Part shown: piece after piece, positions 16,914 through 26,482 of the stretch | Layout of the letters: the number at the start of each line of letters is the position of its first letter | How positions within the stretch are numbered: position 1 is the stretch's first letter | Source of the DNA: Prevotella sp. | Lineage (GTDB): Bacteria; Bacteroidota; Bacteroidia; Bacteroidales; Bacteroidaceae | NCBI GenBank assembly: GCA_017548605.1 | Contig: JAFYZT010000045.1 | Coordinates: 4,332 to 68,331 of the forward strand | Direction: 5' to 3' | DNA length: 64,000 nucleotides | The notes under the pieces: model-generated | What the model was told of the DNA's origin: nothing | What the model saw: the letters and a program-made list of their open reading frames with translations, nothing else | The model's database searches: none | Position numbers and translations under genes: made by a program

Positions 16914-19600
16914 GGTTCAATATGGTATTTGCACCCTCCCTTTGGGAGGGCTGGGGTGTGTGTCCTAATTATCATATGGCTGATACGTTCGTCGCTTGCC
17001 ATCCATCCTGCTATGGCGATACGGTGCCATCGCCAGGGTGAGCCCGTCGGTAGTTGGAGAACAGGACAGCGGCTGCTGCCCAACAGGTGCCAGTGGAACT
17101 GGTCGTTACTGCCCCAGAGCATGAGGCAAATGAGCGGTTCCCTCCCCTCATGTCGCTTGCGGAACAGTCCGCATAGCTCCACTCGCCGCCACCGTTGCCA
17201 CTCATGGGTGGCAGTGCTGATCTGTCGGGTCAACGCCACGACGGGGATGCAGTCGGTTTCTTCAGCCCCATATTCCACCAATCCCCATTCGCCGCTATCG
17301 CTGTCGCAGGTGGCATGGAGCGTCTGCGTAGGGTCGATGATGCTTATCTGTCGCCGCTGCTTGTCGTAAATCAGGCGGCTGTTGCTGCTCCAGGAGAGCC
17401 GTCCACAGGGTAGGTGAGCAAACCGTTCGCCGAAGAGCGTGTTCATCATCATATCGAAATAGGGTAGGGTGGATGTGTCGAACAGTTCACCGCTCAAGGC
17501 ATCACCCATTCGTGAGAGAGTGCCTCCGTCAAGTCTGACCAGTCCCTGTTCACTGAGGTATGCCACATGGTCGTCGGTCTCGACAGGTTGGCCCGCCACG
17601 CATGGATAGCGGCTCACTTGGTACTTGTCCCGCCAAGCGATGCCGTCGCCACGCTGCAATGCCCACACACCGTCGCTGCAGAAAGCGTAGAGAGGGTATT
17701 GACCGAATTGTATGCCACCGTAGCGTTTCACACGTGACGTGAGGGCATTGATGGTGCCGTCGCCGATGGTTATTCGTCCCCTTGCGGGAAACACGAGCGG
17801 GTTATCGGCCACCGATGTGTACATCCTGTTGCTCCTCATTGCTGACGATGGCGTTTGTTGGGCCATGGCTTCGGCAGCCATCCATTCCTCGGCAGTCTCG
17901 CGAGTCCATAGGTCTGCCACGTCGTGCCATCGATGGTCGGTGGCGTCATATCTCATGCTCCGTGCTTGTTGGAGGATAAGACTGTGTACTGCCGCCCTGC
18001 CGCTGGCGTGACCGCCGCCGTTGCCGCTCCACAGTGCTATGGCCATGCCGCTTGTGCCCAGTGGGCGCAGACTCACGCTCTTTCTGTAGAAATGACTGCC
18101 TGAACTATCGGTGAAATGTAAGTGTAAGTCCATGGCGTATGCCCGTCGGTCAGGATAGGCCAGTATGCCTGGCAGCGGGTAACGCAGGTGGTCGATGAAG
18201 GCCCGTGTGCCGGCTGTGGTGCCCTCTCGCAGATGTACCACGCTCACCACGTCGGCCGGCAACCCTTCCTCCTGTTCGTCGATGTCGGGCCGTTCGCCGC
18301 ACAGACATTCCATCAGTCGGTCGTCGTCTGTGGTGCGTTCTTCACCGTCGAGGTTCCGAAACATATAGCTCACTGGTATGCTGAATGCACTGTTTTCTTT
18401 GGTGGTGATGGCAGCCGCGCAGAGGTGGCTGTCGAGGGTTCGCAGCACGCGGGCACCGAATGAGTGCCGGCGCATGTCACTGATGACGAGCGTGTCGCCG
18501 TCGCTGTTTCGGGGAATGACCACAGCCTGTCCGAAGTCGGTCAGGGCGATGTGCAGGGCATGCTGGAATGAGGTGCCCGCCAGACGTGTCGTGAGGGTGT
18601 TGGCATCGGCCCAGCTGTAACACAGGCGCGTGGCCATGCCCTCGCTGTCGGTGTCAATGGTTGTTGCGCCGCTCAGGTCGAGCATTGTCATTGGCGGGCT
18701 CTGGTAGATGTCAATGCCTTGCACCAGCTGTCTGGCCATCACCTCGTCGATGTCTTCCGCCAAACGAACCTTTATGGTGTGACTGTGCAGACTGGTGTTG
18801 GTGCAAAGCATCTTCTCATCGCCGTTACTTACCACAGTCAGTGTGGGCTCACCGTCGGCAGGTGCCAGGGCGAAGGGGTTGCTCATCAGTATCTGACTGC
18901 CGTCGAACAGGCGCAGTGTAGCGATGATGAACCGGATGTGTTTGTGCTCGTGGCTGCCGCCATGGCTCAGCTCGCGGTCGAGGATCTGTTCCATCCGCGC
19001 CAGGGCGAGCGAGGCACCTGTGGCCACGTCGTTGTTTCGCCACTCCGTGAACAGCTGTCTGAGCAGTGTGGCTTGTCCGTTCACCACCTCGTCGGCATGA
19101 AGCAGGTAGCGTTGCAGGGTGCTGTCAACGGGTGTGCGAAGCGTCACGCGACGTTGCATTCGCTGATCCACCTCTATGGTGTAACGAAGCGTCTCTTGCC
19201 GAAGGTGATGCCATGTGGCGTCGCTCTTGTCAAAGAAATGATACACCAGCCCATCATCGGAAGCAAAGACCAACAGTTCACCCATGGAACTGACTGCGTT
19301 GACTTTTTGGCCGTCGTCGTACCAGAAGGGATGTAGCGTGTCGCTGTCGGCGCTCCAATGATAGCTGTAACCATTGTCGTCATCGTAACGCTCGAAGATG
19401 TCGATACCTTGGTGGCGGATAATCCTGCGGTAAGCATGTCCGTCGGTATCAACACTCATTTCCGTGTCATGTTCGCTGATTTGTCGGGGATACCATTCTC
19501 CGGCATGGTTCACGAGGTTGATGGCGAGGCTCAGCTCGCCATCACATGCCTCGTGCTCCGAGGGCATGGTCTTCATGCCCTTCAATGTGATGTTTTTCAT
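16910..19600 (-). CDS. 896-aa orphan protein of the phage-like cluster (virion/tail component?)
   Basis: Long intact ORF, translationally coupled on its 3' side. No motif I recognise. The last ~15 codons (IRTHTPALPKGGCKYHIEP) are read from a REP-like unit at 16934-16962. Confidence 0.75.
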   Translation of the reverse strand: MKNITLKGMKTMPSEHEACDGELSLAINLVNHAGEWYPRQISEHDTEMSVDTDGHAYRRIIRHQGIDIFERYDDDNGYSYHWSADSDTLHPFWYDDGQKVNAVSSMGELLVFASDDGLVYHFFDKSDATWHHLRQETLRYTIEVDQRMQRRVTLRTPVDSTLQRYLLHADEVVNGQATLLRQLFTEWRNNDVATGASLALARMEQILDRELSHGGSHEHKHIRFIIATLRLFDGSQILMSNPFALAPADGEPTLTVVSNGDEKMLCTNTSLHSHTIKVRLAEDIDEVMARQLVQGIDIYQSPPMTMLDLSGATTIDTDSEGMATRLCYSWADANTLTTRLAGTSFQHALHIALTDFGQAVVIPRNSDGDTLVISDMRRHSFGARVLRTLDSHLCAAAITTKENSAFSIPVSYMFRNLDGEERTTDDDRLMECLCGERPDIDEQEEGLPADVVSVVHLREGTTAGTRAFIDHLRYPLPGILAYPDRRAYAMDLHLHFTDSSGSHFYRKSVSLRPLGTSGMAIALWSGNGGGHASGRAAVHSLILQQARSMRYDATDHRWHDVADLWTRETAEEWMAAEAMAQQTPSSAMRSNRMYTSVADNPLVFPARGRITIGDGTINALTSRVKRYGGIQFGQYPLYAFCSDGVWALQRGDGIAWRDKYQVSRYPCVAGQPVETDDHVAYLSEQGLVRLDGGTLSRMGDALSGELFDTSTLPYFDMMMNTLFGERFAHLPCGRLSWSSNSRLIYDKQRRQISIIDPTQTLHATCDSDSGEWGLVEYGAEETDCIPVVALTRQISTATHEWQRWRRVELCGLFRKRHEGREPLICLMLWGSNDQFHWHLLGSSRCPVLQLPTGSPWRWHRIAIAGWMASDERISHMIIRTHTPALPKGGCKYHIEP
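16934..16962 (+). repeat. REP-like unit inside the 3' end of ORF 16910-19600
   Basis: ccctccctttgggagggctggggtgtgtg. Confidence 0.8.
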
Positions 19601-19633
19601 GGTGGGTATTGTCTTGTGTTTAGTGTCTCTCTA

Positions 19634-20041
19634 TCATCTTTCTCTGCTCCCTCCCTTTGGGAGGGTCGGGGTGGGAATTATAATCACCATCGCCCGTCCG
19701 AGAGGTGTGTCGGTCACTTCGCCGCACATCACATGAGCCTGCTCTTGTTCACCTGTATGTCTCAGCACGAAACGGGTCAGTTTCTTGTTGTTTACACGCA
19801 GGTAACGGCTGCGCGGACCGTTCACGGCACGGCATGTGCCGGCATGTCGTCCGTTCAGTGCCCCTCCCGTATGTCGGGTGTATAGGTAATATTCCCGTTG
19901 GAATCCCTCTTCAACGGCGATGTCGATGACGTCGCCTGCCTTCAGGTCAAGTGCCTTGCTCACCCGTGCACAGATGTCGATATGTCCGTCGCGCCAGAAA
20001 GTGAGGTCGCTCTTCCGGCTGTTTTCCAGAACACTCTTCAT
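19634..20041 (-). CDS. hypothetical protein (phage-like operon)
   Basis: 135-aa ORF with an ATGA overlap to the upstream ORF at 20038-20041. The C-terminal IIIPTPTLPKGGSRER is encoded by REP unit 19649-19675. Confidence 0.55.
   Translation of the reverse strand: MKSVLENSRKSDLTFWRDGHIDICARVSKALDLKAGDVIDIAVEEGFQREYYLYTRHTGGALNGRHAGTCRAVNGPRSRYLRVNNKKLTRFVLRHTGEQEQAHVMCGEVTDTPLGRAMVIIIPTPTLPKGGSRER
19649..19675 (+). repeat. REP-like unit
   Basis: ccctccctttgggagggtcggggtggg. Confidence 0.85.
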
Positions 20042-20262
20042 GGTTGGCCAGTGATAGGGTGGTGGGTACGAAAGGTGATGGTGGTCACGTACATATAGGC
20101 ACGTGTCTGTTCTATGCGTTGGCGGTGAGCCATGGCAGAGCAGCGCGTGGGGTGTATCTGCGAGGCCAGGTCATACCTGTCGCTCCCGGCCTCGCCGATA
20201 ATCACCGCATAGTATTTGCGCCCGAACAGGCGCTCGGTTATCCTTCTTACAATCTTTTTCAT
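20038..20262 (-). CDS. small hypothetical protein (phage-like operon)
   Basis: Start chosen at Met 20262 (MKKIVRRITERLFGRKYYAVIIGEAG...). Stop overlaps the next start. Confidence 0.45.
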   Translation of the reverse strand: MKKIVRRITERLFGRKYYAVIIGEAGSDRYDLASQIHPTRCSAMAHRQRIEQTRAYMYVTTITFRTHHPITGQP

Positions 20263-20351
20263 GTATATGATTAGTTTAGTGTTTTGTGCTAGAGCTTGAG
20301 AGTTTTCTCTCACTACTCACCTCTCACCTCTCACCCCTCAATTCTTCCCTC

Positions 20352-20918
20352 TTACTTAAACGCATCCTGTAAGGCACGTTGCAACTCTTCCTTGGCCTTG
20401 TCCAGTTCACGTTTCATCGACTGTTTCAGCGTGTCGAGACCGGCCCTTAGTTCACCAGCTTTCACACCCAGACTGTCGGCGGTGCCACTGCCGATGCCAA
20501 GCTCGTTCATCAGGTCAACCATCGTATTGCCCAGCGTCTGTTCCAAATCAACGGTGGTGTTGCCCAACTGTTCTATCAGTCCACTGGCAGCCGACTTCAG
20601 GTAATTACCCAGGTCGCCCAGTTCACTGAAGGTGTCCTTAAACTTCGTCTTTGCCACGGTCATGGCGATGCGTTGTTTCAGGTCCGACACCGTTCGCTGC
20701 TCACTCTCCGTCAGGTCCAAGCCTTCCAGTTGGGCGCGGATGTCTTTATATTCCTGCTTCGACTTCTCCCATTGTTGTTGGTCGTAGTTCGGACCGTTGG
20801 TCTCCAGCTCATACGTGTACTTCTCCAGTTTCTCGATGGCGCGGCCTTTCTGGTCGCACGAGCCCAACAGGAACAGTCCCATCAGGGCCACCATCATCAT
20901 TGCCATTGTTTTTTTCAT
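20352..20918 (-). CDS. coiled-coil lipoprotein
   Basis: Lipobox signal MKKTMAMMMVALMGLFLLGSC followed by helical, charged repeats. Confidence 0.75.
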   Translation of the reverse strand: MKKTMAMMMVALMGLFLLGSCDQKGRAIEKLEKYTYELETNGPNYDQQQWEKSKQEYKDIRAQLEGLDLTESEQRTVSDLKQRIAMTVAKTKFKDTFSELGDLGNYLKSAASGLIEQLGNTTVDLEQTLGNTMVDLMNELGIGSGTADSLGVKAGELRAGLDTLKQSMKRELDKAKEELQRALQDAFK

Positions 20919-21027
20919 GTTTCAAAATTTTTAAGTGAAAGTATTTTTTTTTTTTTCAACTTCTTCTAACTCCTTCTTCCTCCTTTTTAATCTTATAATC
21001 TTTTAATTTTTTAATTTTTGAATCTTC

Positions 21028-21807
21028 CTAATATCCTACCTCTTTAGGTTTTTTCTTGATAACATAGTAGAGGGCGCGGATATCGTCTTCGCGTAGGGTG
21101 AAATCATGGTATTCCGGCGAAGGGTTCAGCGAGTGGAACGTCAGCGTGCCTTCCTTCAAATCCTGTCCGATCATCTGTTTGATGAGAACCGACGACCCGA
21201 AGACAATCACCCAGTAGGGTCGAGCATGGTAACGGATGGGGTCGCGCCAGAACACTCGTTCCAGTTCGCGGCAGAGCACCCGGTCGCCCGATTCGAAACT
21301 GTCGCGACTACCCGTGTCCATGGAGTCACCCTTTACCTCGAAAGAGAGGTAATTGCCTCTTCCCACGCGGTCCACTTCGTAAGTCTCTTCGCTCCATTCA
21401 TCGAGGACGGGGTCCAGTCGGTCGGAGGGGTTGGCAAACTGACCGAAGCAGGCGTAGGGCACATGTTTCACCGACATGAGCAGTTGTTCGCCACGTTTGT
21501 ACAGCTTGGCTCCTTTCACCGTTTCGCCGAAGAACAATCCTTCCTGCTCTTCCACAGGTGTCACTTCATCGTGTTGCGATGGAACGAGCATTTCTCCCTG
21601 GCCGTTGACCAACCATTCACGGTTGATACGCGGATCCAGTTCGCACAGCTTGTTCACGAATCGGTTGCTCACGGGCACATGGCCATTCACAATCTGCGAA
21701 AACGACGACTCTTGGTAACCCAATCGGTTCGACAGCGCTTTCTGCGAATTGCCATACATCCCCTGCTGTAACAACCAGCGAACTAATATCTTTATATTTC
21801 CTAACAT
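21028..21807 (-). CDS. CI/LexA-like repressor (HTH domain plus S24 peptidase domain)
   Basis: The N-terminal SQKALSNRLGYQESSFSQIVNG looks like an XRE-type HTH. The C-terminus has VKGDSM...GDRV...LIKQM, the Ser/Lys dyad context of S24 autopeptidases. Divergent from the terminase gene. Confidence 0.8.
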   Translation of the reverse strand: MLGNIKILVRWLLQQGMYGNSQKALSNRLGYQESSFSQIVNGHVPVSNRFVNKLCELDPRINREWLVNGQGEMLVPSQHDEVTPVEEQEGLFFGETVKGAKLYKRGEQLLMSVKHVPYACFGQFANPSDRLDPVLDEWSEETYEVDRVGRGNYLSFEVKGDSMDTGSRDSFESGDRVLCRELERVFWRDPIRYHARPYWVIVFGSSVLIKQMIGQDLKEGTLTFHSLNPSPEYHDFTLREDDIRALYYVIKKKPKEVGY

Positions 21808-21857
21808 ATAATAGGGTATGATATATCAAAAGTTTATATTTTCTTTATATTTTCGCT

Positions 21858-21866
21858 GCAAATATA
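21858..21866 (-). promoter_or_regulatory. Bacteroidota -7 box (TAtaTTTGC) for repressor gene
   Basis: Plus strand reads gcaaatata, about 50 nt upstream of start 21807. A similar context (cgctgcaaatatata) precedes 51499-52626. Confidence 0.5.
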
Positions 21867-21940
21867 TATCTTTTCTAAATACCCTCCAAATATTTTCGCT
21901 ACTTTTTTCATTTTTTTAATTCTATTTTGCTAAAAACCTT

Positions 21941-22006
21941 CCATTGTAGGGGAGGCCCTGCAAACTATTTCCCCTCCCATTGTAGGGGAGGGGGCAGGGG
22001 TGGGGT
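21941..22006 (+). repeat. REP-like units (one partial, one full)
   Basis: ccattgtaggggagg ... cccctcccattgtaggggagggggcaggggtggggt. Confidence 0.8.
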
Positions 22007-22130
22007 CAGTATCATCCCTCATCTTTTTGTCCTTATGTTCCTATGTCAAAAAATACGTCCTTATGTTCTTTTGTCGAATAATTTTCACTACTTTTGCAGA
22101 AAACAATCAATCAATAACTCCACTTCCACT

Positions 22131-22183
22131 CCCTCCCCCTCTCCAAGGGAGCCCCTTCCCCATCCCTCCCCGAGGGGAGGGCG
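22131..22183 (-). repeat. REP-like units, inverted orientation
   Basis: ccctccccctctccaagggag ... cccttccccatccctccccgaggggagggcg. Confidence 0.75.
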
Positions 22184-22323
22184 TAGAGTGTTGTGACAAG
22201 TTGTTACGGGTTGTTCCATGTTGTTTATATTTCCCCCAAAATAGGCCAATTCATGGTAATTCATGAATCATTCCATGGTAATTTGTGTGAAAAAACATCC
22301 CTTATCGTTTTTTATTCCTCGAT

Positions 22324-22368
22324 GTTAAACGGATGACAAAAAAGTTCGTGGAATTCATGTTATCTTCG
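22324..22368 (+). promoter_or_regulatory. conserved phage-module promoter, copy 1 (terminase)
   Basis: GTTAAACGGATGACA, then exactly 37 nt from its first base to TATCTTCG (-7 box). Same architecture as copies at 32445 and 35221. Confidence 0.7.
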
Positions 22369-22395
22369 CCGCCGAAAACAGGATAACACGATACC

Positions 22396-24483
22396 ATGAC
22401 CAACACACAAATCCAAGATATCCTCGACGAGAACCGTCGTAGGAACAACACACTGCGAGCACCTTTCGACCCGTTGACCGGTGAGGGGAGTACGGGACGC
22501 CGCATTGCCGTCACCCTCCGCGACGTGCGCGACACCCCCACCACCTTCTTCCTGCCCGAAAGGATGATGGACGACCCGCTGGCACGTGAGGCACAACGAC
22601 TCGGTTCCATAGAACGGGCTGCACGGCAGTTGCAGATGCCGCTCCTCGGGCTCTCCGATATGCGCGACGCGTTCCACCGCCTACGCTGCCGTCACGACTT
22701 CCCATATTGGGCTGCCTCGCACGTGCGCATCAAACCCAAACAGGGTGGCGACGACGTGCCCTTCGTGCTCAACAGACCGCAGCGCCGCTTGGTGGAAGCA
22801 TTCGAAGAGATGCGTCTTGCCGACATGCCCATACGCGTCATCGTGCTCAAGGCGCGACAGTGGGGTGGCTCCACCGTCACGCAGATATACATGGCGTGGC
22901 TCCAACTGATACAACGGACGGGTCTGAACTCACTCATCGTGGGACATGTGAAGACGGCCTCGGCAGAGGTCTGCGGCATGTTCGACAAACTGATGGAGGC
23001 CTATCCCGAGGCGATGCTCTACCCCCGGGATGCCCAGCCGCCGAAGGGGATGAAGAAAATGACCGGCGACCGAAACACACGGTTGCTACGCCATATCCCC
23101 TCGCGTAACTGCAAGATCAAGGTGGGCTCGGCGGAGACACCCGACTCAGCACGGGGCGGCGACTCGGCTCTCGTCCATTGCACGGAAGTGGCTTTCTGGC
23201 GTAAGACACAGAACAAACAGCCCGAAGACATCATCCGCTCGGCATGCTCCGGCGCGGGCTACCTGCCGGGGACGATGATTGTCTATGAATCGACGGCCAA
23301 CGGCACGGGCAACTTCTTCCATCGCGAATACGAGGCGGCGAAGAAAGGATACTCGCAGTTCCGGCCGCTCTTCGTGGCATGGTGGCAGATAGAGCAGTAT
23401 GCACTGCCCTTTGACACCGACGAACAATGCACAGCTTTCGCAACGGCACTCTATGAGGGGCGCGACAGCGACACGGCGGAGGAACGGTCGCTCTCTGGAC
23501 GCTGCCTCTGGCGGCTGTGGACCATGGGCGCTACGCTCGAGGCACTGCACTGGTACACCCTGGAGCGGCGCAAATACGTGGACCAGGCCGACCTCGCCGC
23601 CGAGTTTCCCTCCGACGACATCGAGGCGTTCAAACATTCCGGCGCCAATGTCTTCGACAGCCGTGAGGTGGAGCGTATGCGGCCGCAATGCCGCCAACCC
23701 ACCCTGCGCGGTGAGTTGCTCGCACGGGGTGAGCGTGGCAGTGAGGCGCTTGCCGACCTGCGTTTCCAACAGAGCGACTACGGCTTGTTGTGGCTGTGGC
23801 AGCCGCCGGAGAAGAACGGGGAGGGTAGGGTGACCAACCGTTACCTGGTGGTGGTGGACATCGGTGGCCGCTCCATGAAGAGCGACTGGTCGGTCATCGC
23901 CGTCTTCGACAGGATGCCGCTGGCCGCCGGTGGCGTGCCCTGTCTCTGTGCCCAGTGGTATGGCCATACCGACATGGACCGTCTGGCGTGGAAGGCGGCA
24001 CAGGTGGCACGTTACTACGACGATGCGCTGCTGGTCATTGAGTCGAACACGCTCGAGACACATGGTCCCACGGCCTTCGCTTTCGAGGGTGGCGACCAGA
24101 GCCTGTTCATCCTCAACGAGATACGCGAGGTGTACGACAACCTGTATGCCCGTCCGCAGAGTGCCGACGAGATACGGCAGCGCGCCCCCGTACGCTACGG
24201 CTTCCACACCAATGTGCGCACCAAACCAGCCATCATCTCGACGCTTATCGCCGTGGTTCGAGACGGTCTCTACGAAGAACGCGACGAGCGGTGTCTCAAC
24301 GAACTGCTTACCTATGAGCGACGACCCAACGGCTCCTATGGTGCCATCGACGGATGTAATGACGACCTGCTCATGACGCGGGCCATCGCCCTCCATCTCT
24401 CTTACCATGAATTGCCGCCGCCCCGCCTCGTTCCCCACAAACTAACTCGTCCCCACAGACCACAAATCTTTGTTGAACATTAG
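22396..24483 (+). CDS. phage terminase large subunit
   Basis: 695 aa. FVLNRPQRRLVEAFEE...VLKARQWGGSTVTQIYMAW is the Walker-A-like context of Terminase_6-type TerL, and the C-terminal half (VVVDIGG...DWSV, NDDLLM) is nuclease-like. Confidence 0.85.
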   Translation: MTNTQIQDILDENRRRNNTLRAPFDPLTGEGSTGRRIAVTLRDVRDTPTTFFLPERMMDDPLAREAQRLGSIERAARQLQMPLLGLSDMRDAFHRLRCRHDFPYWAASHVRIKPKQGGDDVPFVLNRPQRRLVEAFEEMRLADMPIRVIVLKARQWGGSTVTQIYMAWLQLIQRTGLNSLIVGHVKTASAEVCGMFDKLMEAYPEAMLYPRDAQPPKGMKKMTGDRNTRLLRHIPSRNCKIKVGSAETPDSARGGDSALVHCTEVAFWRKTQNKQPEDIIRSACSGAGYLPGTMIVYESTANGTGNFFHREYEAAKKGYSQFRPLFVAWWQIEQYALPFDTDEQCTAFATALYEGRDSDTAEERSLSGRCLWRLWTMGATLEALHWYTLERRKYVDQADLAAEFPSDDIEAFKHSGANVFDSREVERMRPQCRQPTLRGELLARGERGSEALADLRFQQSDYGLLWLWQPPEKNGEGRVTNRYLVVVDIGGRSMKSDWSVIAVFDRMPLAAGGVPCLCAQWYGHTDMDRLAWKAAQVARYYDDALLVIESNTLETHGPTAFAFEGGDQSLFILNEIREVYDNLYARPQSADEIRQRAPVRYGFHTNVRTKPAIISTLIAVVRDGLYEERDERCLNELLTYERRPNGSYGAIDGCNDDLLMTRAIALHLSYHELPPPRLVPHKLTRPHRPQIFVEH

Positions 24484-24545
24484 CTCCCACCAGCTCCCCC
24501 GATTAGAGACCCCCACCAGCTCCCCCGAGGGGGAGAGAGAATAGC
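24484..24545. repeat. REP-like variant (CTCCCCCGAGGGGGAG + AGAGAATAGC), with partial duplicate
   Basis: ccaccagctcccccgagggggagagagaatagc. The same variant occurs at 34846-34884 and 37941-37978. Confidence 0.8.
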
Positions 24546-24560
24546 TTGTATATCTTTTTT

Positions 24561-24795
24561 CACAACGAATTTCACGAATAATGCGAATGGAACATCATTT
24601 ACGATAATTCACGGATAATTAACGGCAATTTACGTAAAAATCGAATATGAATAAACAACGAATTTTACGAATAACACGAATGGAACATCATTTACAATAA
24701 TTAGCGGATAATTCGCGGCAATTCACGTAAAAAAACACACGGCAATTCACGTAAAAAACACGAATATCAATTAACAACTAATTTCACAAATTGAG
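24561..24795 (+). repeat. two-plus copies of a diverged version of the ~96-bp unit
   Basis: cgaatttcacgaataatgcgaatggaacatcatttacgataattcacggataattaacggcaatttacgtaaaaa, then a second copy with agcggataattcgcggcaattcacgtaaaaaaa. Confidence 0.85.
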
Positions 24796-24807
24796 AACCT
24801 CTTTATT

Positions 24808-24842
24808 CCCCCTCTATTGGAGGGGGTTAGGGGGAGGCCCCC
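24808..24842 (+). repeat. REP-like unit
   Basis: ccccctctattggagggggttagggggaggccccc. Confidence 0.75.
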
Positions 24843-24879
24843 TTTTTAATATTTTAATCTTTTAATCTTTTAATTTTCC

Positions 24880-26466
24880 ATGTTTCCCATTCTTCGCCAG
24901 GCGGCTGTCTATTGGATGGCCATGGCACCTTTCAGAAAACAACGTGACCGCTGCAAACGCTACACCTACGGCGACCAGTGGCATGACCGCATCCGTGTCG
25001 ATGGGCATTGGATGACGGAAGAAGACTATATCCGTTCGCAAGGTAACGAACCTCTCAAGAACAACCTCATCCGCCGCCTCGTGCGCAACGTCATAGGCCT
25101 CTATCGTCAACAGGGGCAGGGGGCCTTTATTCGGGGGCAAGGGGCAGGGAGCATGGGGCAAGAGAATACCCCTCAGGTGCAAGATTCTTTCGCTCAGAGG
25201 CAGGGAGCCTTTATTCGGGGGCAAGGGGCAAGGAGCAAGGGGCAAGAGAACACCCCTCCGCTTTCCCCCTCCTTGGGAGGGGGGCAGGGGGAGGTTTTGC
25301 AGGGGGAGGTTCTCGAGCTTTCCTCTCGCACCCTCGAGGAGTTCCTTATCTCCGGCCTGGCGGTGCTGCGTAAGTCGTGGGGCACACGACGGGGCATCAC
25401 CGGGTGCTGGACCGACATGGTGTCGCCAAACGCTTTCTTCGTCGATAATATGGCGCGTGACCCGCGAGGGTGGGACATCTCGTGCATCGGCGAGTTGCAC
25501 GACCTTCCTTTTTCCGTGGTGTGCCGCCATTTTGCCTCGTCGCCCGAGGATATGCAGCGACTGCAACAAATCTATTCGGCCACAGACTATGATGACCGTG
25601 TGGCAGATGCCTGTGCATCGTTTGGACAACCGACAACCGCCATCGATTTCTTCCGTCCTCAGGGCAATCTGTGTCGTGTGGTCGAGGTGTGGCGTCTTGA
25701 GCAACAGCAACGCTACCGCTGCCACGACACGGCATCGGGTGAACTGTATCAGGTGACGGCCGATGATTATCCGTCGGTGGTGCTCCAGGAGAATGAGCGG
25801 CGCATGAACATCGGTCGTCGTCATGGAAGGAAAAAACAAGAGATAGCACTCATCCACGCCCAGTGGTTCATCGCCGAGCAGTGGCATTACTATTTCCTGA
25901 CACCCTTCGGCGACGTGCTCTGCCAAGGTTGTTCGCCCTACAACGACGGGGGACATCCCTATGTGTTCAAGGCCTATCCCTTCATCGATGGCGAGATACA
26001 CTCATTCGTGGCCGACCTCATCGACCAGCAGCGGTACACCAACCGGCTCATCACACTTTATGACTGGATAATGCGTTCCTCGGCGAAGGGTGTGCTCCTC
26101 GTGCCCGAGGAGTCGATACCCGACGGCTATTCCCTGGCCGACATCGCCGATGAGTGGGCACGTTTCAACGGTGTCATCGCCATACGCACAAAGAATGGGG
26201 CGCAGATGCCGCAACAGGTGGCCATGAATGCTACCAACGTCGGTATCAAGGACCTGTTGCAGACGCAGCTTGATTTCTTCGAGGATATTTCAGGGGTGGC
26301 AGGTGTGCTGCAGGGCAAGCATGACGGCAATTCCAATAACGCCTCGCTCTTCGCTTACCAGACAAATAATGCCACACTATCGTTGCTCGACATCTTGGAG
26401 TCCTTCCGCGCCTTCATCGACGAGGCTGCGGTCAAGGAACAACACCTCTACGAACAGTATGGATAG
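24880..26466 (+). CDS. portal-like protein carrying an in-frame ~200-nt repeat insertion
   Basis: The N-terminus RKQRDRCKRYTYGDQWHD and the later HPYVFKAYPFIDGEIHSFVADLIDQQRYTNRLITLYDWIMRSSAKGVLL...FEDISGVAGVLQG resemble podovirus-type portals. Codons ~78-145 (GQGAFIRGQGAGSMGQENTP...) are built from intergenic repeat families. Confidence 0.65.
   Translation: MFPILRQAAVYWMAMAPFRKQRDRCKRYTYGDQWHDRIRVDGHWMTEEDYIRSQGNEPLKNNLIRRLVRNVIGLYRQQGQGAFIRGQGAGSMGQENTPQVQDSFAQRQGAFIRGQGARSKGQENTPPLSPSLGGGQGEVLQGEVLELSSRTLEEFLISGLAVLRKSWGTRRGITGCWTDMVSPNAFFVDNMARDPRGWDISCIGELHDLPFSVVCRHFASSPEDMQRLQQIYSATDYDDRVADACASFGQPTTAIDFFRPQGNLCRVVEVWRLEQQQRYRCHDTASGELYQVTADDYPSVVLQENERRMNIGRRHGRKKQEIALIHAQWFIAEQWHYYFLTPFGDVLCQGCSPYNDGGHPYVFKAYPFIDGEIHSFVADLIDQQRYTNRLITLYDWIMRSSAKGVLLVPEESIPDGYSLADIADEWARFNGVIAIRTKNGAQMPQQVAMNATNVGIKDLLQTQLDFFEDISGVAGVLQGKHDGNSNNASLFAYQTNNATLSLLDILESFRAFIDEAAVKEQHLYEQYG
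25112..25312 (+). repeat. composite repeat insertion inside the portal-like ORF
   Basis: Two copies of gggcaggg-gcctttattcgggggcaaggggca-ggagca-ggggcaagagaa-acccctc, then ccccctccttgggaggggggcagggggagg. The same word families occur intergenically at 10599-10630, 29654-29673 and 36727-36759. Confidence 0.8.
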
Positions 26467-26482
26467 GCACAACCCTCTAGGG

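Noticed and set aside
21927-22266. ORFs 21927-22196 and 22000-22266, and similarly 34949-35155 and 67-471
   Set aside because: Their sequences are translations of REP-like units (…GGGRGG…, PSLWEGRGG) and A/T-rich spacer. No promoter or start context supports them.
23146-24438. Long antisense ORFs: 430 aa here, plus 24862-26001, 1759-2838, 26637-27524, 39285-40289, 27627-28355 and 28480-29502
   Set aside because: Each lies opposite a longer ORF with recognisable motifs (terminase, portal, TonB receptor, Sel1, fibre, FHA). They have Arg/Gly/His-rich, low-information compositions typical of shadow frames in GC-rich coding DNA.
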